Below are positions 34,031 through 39,915 of a DNA stretch of 39,915 bases, piece after piece. The DNA is taken from positions 1-39,915 of the forward strand of contig CAJFCJ010000110.1 of assembly GCA_904063045.1 (NCBI GenBank), written 5' to 3'. The translations under genes were made by a program, and so were the position numbers. Below the pieces are notes generated by a model, which worked only from the letters and a program-made list of their open reading frames with translations, did not search any database and had not been told where the DNA came from. Positions within the stretch are counted from its first letter, which is position 1. Each line of letters opens with the position of its first letter. The DNA is from Dimorphilus gyrociliatus. Its lineage: Eukaryota; Animalia; Annelida.

Positions 34031-34999
34031 ACAAAGTGAAAAAGGTTGAAATGAAAATTTTCCTACCCTAAGGTAACCAAAATGCAAAAATGTTTCGACA
34101 AAGTGGTGCCCTCTATGTTTTGGTAGAGTTCTGAACATGTTACCTTATACAATTACATATTTGTTTACCAAGTAATTAAAGTATACTCTTTTAGTTCAAA
34201 GTTTGTTGTTTTGTTTATAAATGATGTGTACAGAAACATAAAATATAAACACAACTGGTGTTGAAGACTGTAAGAAATCATATTTTATTGTTTTTGTTGG
34301 CTTTCTTTGGAGTTGTCACCTCTTCATCATCACTGAGATCCACTTGTGTTGGTCTTTTTGTAGGTTGGAATGTGGTGTTGTTCTTTGCTATAATACAATC
34401 CACCTTCTCTTCCTCACTATACTCATTTCTGAAATCATCAAGGTATGATTCTTTCACGCAGGTCATTATGGTGTATTATTCATTAAGGTGGGAATAGTGA
34501 GGACCCTGGCCCTTCATGTTTGTTGGGAAGACTGACTTGCAGATCCTGTGTAAGGTGGAGAATTAAATTATTCTTCTGTAAGCCTACCAGTGGATTCTGG
34601 AAGAATTATTACAGATGACAGAATAACAATATTTTCAACTCCAAACAAATTGAGCTATTGTCCAAGGGAAAGATATGCTTTTGTATGTGTCAGAGACCCA
34701 TTCTACCAGTTCACAATTCATAGATTCATTAAAAAAATTGAGAAAAAATAACAAGTCTGCTTACTTTTTGCATTTATGATTTCCAATGGAAGCTATGGAA
34801 TTGTCGAAGGGACAATAACATTGAAAAGATTCATATCAAAATTGTTACATTTTACTTAATACTATGATGATACATGTATCACATGTTGGCCATTCATTCT
34901 TTGAATTCAAAGGGTATGCAAAAGAGGGGTCGATAGAAAATGTCTACAAATGAGAATTTTCAAGACTAGGTTTTATATTGAAAAGAGGAAGACAGCAAC

Positions 35000-35082
35000 T
35001 GATTTCTAGTTAGGATTAGGGACAATGAAAAAGGCTAGGTATAGCCAAGGGTTGGGTGGGTTAGGGTGAGGGTAAAACCAGT
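35000..35082 (-). repeat. CCCTAA-motif repeat (family D)
   Basis: ...gggttgggtgggttagggtgagggtaaaacc is a reverse-complement match to ggttttaccctaaccctaaccc at 38955. Confidence 0.55.
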
Positions 35083-35189
35083 CATTTGAGGACATTTTCT
35101 GTCGCATTCATCTGCAACCACTGGATGGGTCATATTTTCTCATCTAGCCCAAAAAACTTAATTTCAAAAAGTAAGTTTTCACGAAATAT

Positions 35190-35680
35190 TCATCTGACAA
35201 ACGAACTTTCAGCTTTCTTGACAATTTGTCACATATTGTTTAAGTATGTTCTTTTTGGTAGAGGTGGCAATGCAATTTACAAGATGGTTATTTTGATTCG
35301 ATAAACTCTCTGTCAAAAGACTCGTTGTAAGACTTTTCAACTCTGCTCCACTTTTTGACCATACAAATGTATCTTCCTCCTTAATAACAGTAATAAAAAT
35401 CCACGCTTTAGTGGATGACTCTAAGATATGTCTCGGAATATAGGTACTTTTATGCATATTAGTATTTTGATGAGGCTCAGAATGATATGTGTAACATCTA
35501 TCTAAAGCATCCTTATGACTCAAAAGTTCATTGATAAGCACATATCTATAACCGTTGCTGGTATATTCATCTGAAATTAAAGTAGAAACAGTTGTCCCAA
35601 TTGCTGAAGATGTTGTGGCTGGTTTTGTTAAATAAAGTTGAAAAAATTGTAGTTGCTTCTGTCATTGAAGTTGTGGTTGA
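35190..35680 (-). pseudogene. C-type lectin domain with Thr-rich stalk; premature TGA and frameshift
   Basis: TKPATTSSAIGTTVST...GYRYVLINELLSHKDALDRC...AWIFI...EDTFVWSKSG...NCIAT...TNCQES*KFVCQ matches CTLD Cys/Trp spacing. Confidence 0.6.
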
Positions 35681-36198
35681 GAAGAGGTTTGAAATTTATT
35701 CATACCATCATTTTCAGTTTTGGTGAGTAGTATAATAGAATAATTTACAGATTTATGAAAAATATTGATATCAGTAGTAGCATTTGAAAAAAAACACAAA
35801 ATTTATCAAAGACAATGAAGACATTATTGGATAATTGTGGCTTTTTTGAAATATCTTTAATACAATCTAATTGACTTCTTGAATATCCATTTAAGTGAAA
35901 CAGTTTTCAGTTTAATATTTTTCAGATGATGTGGAAAGAATCTTGTCAACTGTTGCTTTGGGTTTATGGTAAGGACGCCAAAAAATAGGCTGTTTTCTGC
36001 AATTCCCTTTTCCATCTATTTTTAGGCCACCTAGCAGCACCACACCATCTAATAAAATATTTTTTTATTATCTAAGCTTTTGGCAAGTAAATTTTTAATG
36101 GAAAATCAAAACATATTCTAAAAGCTATTGCATAGTCCATGGTTATAATTCTTCATAAAACCACACAGTTATTAAAGTCTGTCAAAAAACAAGAAAAT

Positions 36199-38685
36199 AT
36201 GTCTGCCGATAATTTACAAAAAATATGTTTAATGAAGATAAGAGAAAATCTGTATTTTATTAGTAAAATTTGCAAAAAATATTCCATTTTTCTTCCTCCG
36301 AAGCTAGGAATTGAAATTTTTGAATCAGTTATTAAAAATGATAATAAACCTTTAACTTCAAATGAATTGGAATTTTTTTCAAGAAATATACAAAATTTAA
36401 GCGATATTTCAATAAAAAAATTTAAATTTCCAATTAAAAATATTGCAAATTTCATTATGGATCATCCAGTAAAATCATTGTCATTGGAGAATTTCTATGA
36501 TATTTCAAATTTAAAAATATTTCATCTAATTGAAAATTTAAAATTAAAAAATTGTAGTTTTTCAAATAGTACTCAATATTTAAATTTTTGTTTACAATTA
36601 GAAAAATGTAATTATTTAAAATCTTTAAATTTTTATGGATCATTTAAAATTTTGGAAAATTTAAAATTAAATAATTTATTAAAATTTCCAACAAAATTTT
36701 TAACAAAATTGAATTTATCTTATTGTAAATTGGGGGAAGAGGATAGTTTTAAATTGGGACACTTTTTTAAGGAATGCAAATGTTTAAAAATAGTTAATTT
36801 AAGTGGAAATAAGACATTTGGAAATGGATATTCAGAGATAGTAAATGGTTTGAAGTCATCTTCAAAATCACTTGAAAATATCAATTTTTCTGATTGCAAT
36901 CTCACTGAAAATCAATGTAGTTGTTTAGCTGATCTACTTCAACATTGTACATCTTTACAAGAAATTTATCTAAGTGGAAATAATTCATATGGAAATCAAT
37001 TTGAAAGAATATGTAATGGTTTAAAGGCATCATCATCTACTTCACTCCTTAAAATTGATCTTTCTAAATGTAATCTCGAATTGGGTCAAGGTAGATATTT
37101 TGAAAGTTTATTAAGAGAATGTTTTTGGTTAAAACATATCAATTTAAGTGAAAATGTTACTTGTGGACAAGCATTTTGTAAAATATGGAATGGTTTTATA
37201 ACTCCTTCGAAATATATATCCAACCTTGACCTTTCTAATTGTGCTCTATTCGATAATCATATTCAATGTTTAAGCTATTGTTTCGCAAAATGCGAAACAT
37301 TGGAAGAGGTTAATCTAAGCTACAATTACGGAGGTCAAATTGAATTTGGAGGAATGTTACTCAATCTAATAGGATCTTCGGATTCCCTTCGAAAAATAGA
37401 CGTTTCATATTGTCGTCTGAATATAGTTTCATTTATGTGTTTAAGCGATTTATTCAAAGAATGTAAATGTTTACAAGATATCAATTTAGCAGAGAATTCG
37501 CAGAGTGGAGAAGAATTCGAGAGATTGTGTAATAGTTTAAAACCATTGTCTGGTTCAATTTTTAATGTTAACCTTACTAAATGTTATTTAAATGAGGAAC
37601 AAAGTAGACNNNNNNNNNNTTCGAAAATTAACCTTTCTAATTGTGCTCTTTTTGATAGGCATATTCAATGTTTAAGCTATTGCTTCAGAAAATGTGACAC
37701 ATTGGAAGAGATTAATTTAACTTACAATTATCAAGGTCAAATTGAATTTGGGGCAATGTTACTTAATTTAATAAGATCTTCTGATACTCTTCGAAAAATA
37801 GACCTTTCTTATTGTCGCTTGAATATGTTTTCATTTAGGTGTTTAAGTGCTTTATTTGAAGAATGTACGTCTTTGCAAGATATCAATTTAACTGAGAATT
37901 GCGGGAGTGGAAAAGAATTTGAGAGATTATGCAATAGTTTAGAATCATCATCTGGTTCACTTTTTAAAATTAATCTTACTAAATGTTATTTAAATAAGGA
38001 ACAAAGTAGATTTTTTGGTAATTTACTTAAAGAATGCAGAAAATTGAAAATTATTAGTTTATACGCAAATAATGTATGTGAAAATGAATTTGGATCAATA
38101 TGCAATGGTTTAAAATCATCATCGTCATCACTTCTCAAAATAGATCTTTCACAGTGTGATCTAAATGAAGAGCAGAGTAGATGTTTAATTGATTTATTAA
38201 AAGAATGTACAGCTCTGGAAGAGATTGATCTAAGTGGAAATAGTAATTGTAACACAGAATTTAGAGGTATATTTCATAGTTTAGAAAAATCTTCTCATTC
38301 TCTTCTCAAACTCAAATTGTCTCGATGTTATTTTCGTAATAATTTATATCAATGTTTTGGCGACTTTCTTCAGAAATGTATGTCATTACAAGTGATTGAT
38401 TTAAGTAGAAACAATAGATTTTGTGAACATTTTAACATGATATGCTATGGATTGAAATCATGTTCTAATTCCTTAATAGAAATGGATTTTCGTGTTTGTT
38501 ATTTTCCGAATGATCAAGTCAAGTTGTTGCTTGATCTATTTGAAGAATGTACAGCTTTACAAAAAGTTTATCTAAAATATTCTGAAGACTTTAAGGAAGA
38601 ATTAAAAAAAAGAATATCTAAAGACTTAGAAAACAGTGGAAATTCATTTCTACTTAATATTGATTTTATATTCTCAACTGACTAA
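36199..38685 (+). CDS. BC-box/Cul2-box plus RI-type LRR protein (ZYG11/ZER1/PRAME-like adaptor architecture); spans an assembly gap
   Basis: MSADNLQKICLMKIRENL (LxxxCxxxI) followed by SIFLPPKLGIEIF, then 28/56-aa LRRs. Intronless. The start may be ATG 36139 or 36199. Confidence 0.8.
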   Translation: MSADNLQKICLMKIRENLYFISKICKKYSIFLPPKLGIEIFESVIKNDNKPLTSNELEFFSRNIQNLSDISIKKFKFPIKNIANFIMDHPVKSLSLENFYDISNLKIFHLIENLKLKNCSFSNSTQYLNFCLQLEKCNYLKSLNFYGSFKILENLKLNNLLKFPTKFLTKLNLSYCKLGEEDSFKLGHFFKECKCLKIVNLSGNKTFGNGYSEIVNGLKSSSKSLENINFSDCNLTENQCSCLADLLQHCTSLQEIYLSGNNSYGNQFERICNGLKASSSTSLLKIDLSKCNLELGQGRYFESLLRECFWLKHINLSENVTCGQAFCKIWNGFITPSKYISNLDLSNCALFDNHIQCLSYCFAKCETLEEVNLSYNYGGQIEFGGMLLNLIGSSDSLRKIDVSYCRLNIVSFMCLSDLFKECKCLQDINLAENSQSGEEFERLCNSLKPLSGSIFNVNLTKCYLNEEQSRXXXXSKINLSNCALFDRHIQCLSYCFRKCDTLEEINLTYNYQGQIEFGAMLLNLIRSSDTLRKIDLSYCRLNMFSFRCLSALFEECTSLQDINLTENCGSGKEFERLCNSLESSSGSLFKINLTKCYLNKEQSRFFGNLLKECRKLKIISLYANNVCENEFGSICNGLKSSSSSLLKIDLSQCDLNEEQSRCLIDLLKECTALEEIDLSGNSNCNTEFRGIFHSLEKSSHSLLKLKLSRCYFRNNLYQCFGDFLQKCMSLQVIDLSRNNRFCEHFNMICYGLKSCSNSLIEMDFRVCYFPNDQVKLLLDLFEECTALQKVYLKYSEDFKEELKKRISKDLENSGNSFLLNIDFIFSTD
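37610..37619. other. Assembly gap (10 N) inside the LRR array
   Basis: A run of N between two near-duplicate LRR blocks. Confidence 1.
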
Positions 38686-38944
38686 TAACTTGCTAATCTG
38701 TTCTATTTACAATTGAAGTCAACTGATCTGTAACCTTTTAGATTCATTTAAATAAATTTTTTTTTCATCAGTCTTATCTTCAAGGTCTTCTTGTTCAACA
38801 TTGGTTTCAAGTGCGTGGAGTTGACTTTTCTTCTTTCGTCTACTTGAGAGGACTGGATGAGTTTCATTACCACTTTCATTTGACATCTCAGTTCATTAAC
38901 TACACAAAGTGTATAGGATAAAATGGATGTGGTAGAAAATGGCC

Positions 38945-39030
38945 ATAAATCTATGGTTTTACCCTAACCCTAACCCAGGCCTTGTTTTCGCCTAACCTTT
39001 TTGAATACCCTTAGATGGGACCCTCCTAAG
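38945..39030 (+). repeat. CCCTAA-motif repeat (family D)
   Basis: ataaatctatggttttaccctaaccctaacccagg...cccttagatgggaccc. Confidence 0.65.
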
Positions 39031-39461
39031 AACATATCAACAGTTATCTTATTCCTCCTAACCATTTCCCAGGCTGAAATCAAACTTTCAAATATTTCAT
39101 TTATGGCCATTTTCGACCGGTCCCGGATAAAATAGGATAACTAATAATGAAAAAGGCAGAGCAATCATTGTCAAAACTCCTACAAAAATTCCTTGTTAAT
39201 AATTGGTACATCTAAATAAAACTTTGCAACACAAAGAGTTGTTTTAGAAGGAAAATCTTACAGATAAATTTCAATAGAGAAGAAAGTCTGTTGAAAAAAC
39301 TAATTACTAAAATTAATTAATAACAAAAACCTAATTCTATCTCAGAGAGAGTCTGATGATAATACAACTTTGCAAAAGATATTCAATCAAGGTCCGACTA
39401 TTTTTTTTGTTTTCACCCAACCTCAGTTTGTCTACCAATTTAGCAAAGTAGGCACTGATGA

Positions 39462-39724
39462 AATACCCCAGGATCGCTTTGGTCGATCAGATGGGATGAT
39501 TTTCTTGATGATTTTAGAGCGCTGTTGGCTGATACAACTATTGAAAAAAGATTAGATGAATTCGATTTAATAGTTGTAGATTATTTTCACTATTGTGGTT
39601 TCTTACTGATAGAAAAGTATAAAAAACCATTTGATGTCTTTGAATGTACTTCATGCTGTACATATTCTCTACCTGTTGTACCATCACCAATGTCATGGAT
39701 TCCAGCATTTCTTAGTTATTTAAC
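39462..39724 (+). pseudogene. UDP-glycosyltransferase N-terminal fragment, cut by a MULE end
   Basis: ALLADTTIEKRLDEFDLIVVDYFHYCGFLLIEKYKKPF...PSPMSWIPAFLSYL matches UGT FDL.I.D....CG...P / P.P.SYVP motifs. Confidence 0.6.
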
Positions 39725-39885
39725 GGGGCCAGGACATTTCGGCCCACTTTTTGGACATTTCGGCCCACTTTGGGACATTTCGGCCCATTTTAGAGCATTA
39801 ATATTTAAGAATATAACTTTCCATTTTATGATGGATTATGTTTATTTTTTCAATAAAAAAGGCAACAATTTCAAAACAGTAAAAT
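39725..39885 (-). mobile_element. Second copy of the MULE right end
   Basis: Reverse complement of about 21040-21215 (GGGGCCAGGACATTTCGGCCC...TTAGAGCAT...AAAACAGTAAAA). Confidence 0.9.
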
Positions 39886-39888
39886 AAA

Positions 39889-39915
39889 ATAGATTTTGCC
39901 AGCAAAAGAAGTACA
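39889..39915 (+). mobile_element. Last 27 bp of a family A LTR
   Basis: 25/27 match to ATAGATTTTGCCAGCAAGAGCAGTACA. Confidence 0.75.

Noticed and set aside
33180-34900. Coding-looking fragments (GGVKGVFQFGDDEF...; acidic ORF at 34278-34466)
   Set aside because: No family could be recognised and no exon structure could be built; they need a translated homology search.
1180-38255. Short antisense or overlapping ORFs within env, LRR, C1q and gag
   Set aside because: These are shadow frames of real coding sequences with no independent support.
33950-39030. True telomere or interstitial telomeric array
   Set aside because: At most 2-3 CCCTAA units per site, each embedded in a dispersed repeat.

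Overview
AT-rich eukaryotic DNA from an invertebrate, with short GT-AG introns of about 50-100 bp; it looks lophotrochozoan/annelid-like (inference). The window is a dense nest of mobile elements mixed with intact and decayed surface- or immune-type genes. Mobile content: the 3' end of an LTR retroelement carrying an intact env-like ORF (class III fusion-protein type, inferred from motif spacing), its PPT and 3' LTR (family A); two family A solo LTRs with 4-bp TSDs plus two fragments; a second LTR family (B) with a tRNA-Ser-type PBS and gag; a third (C) present as a fold-back; an intron-containing MULE transposase remnant; a MITE; and a CCCTAA-bearing dispersed repeat. Host content: two intact and one decayed CBM14-TSP1-multi-C1q genes; two RI-type LRR genes, one with an N-terminal BC-box/Cul2-box; a 5-exon METTL27-like methyltransferase; and broken LGR-type GPCR, M13 peptidase, C-type lectin and UGT genes. 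All assignments come from reading motifs by eye; no database searches were run.
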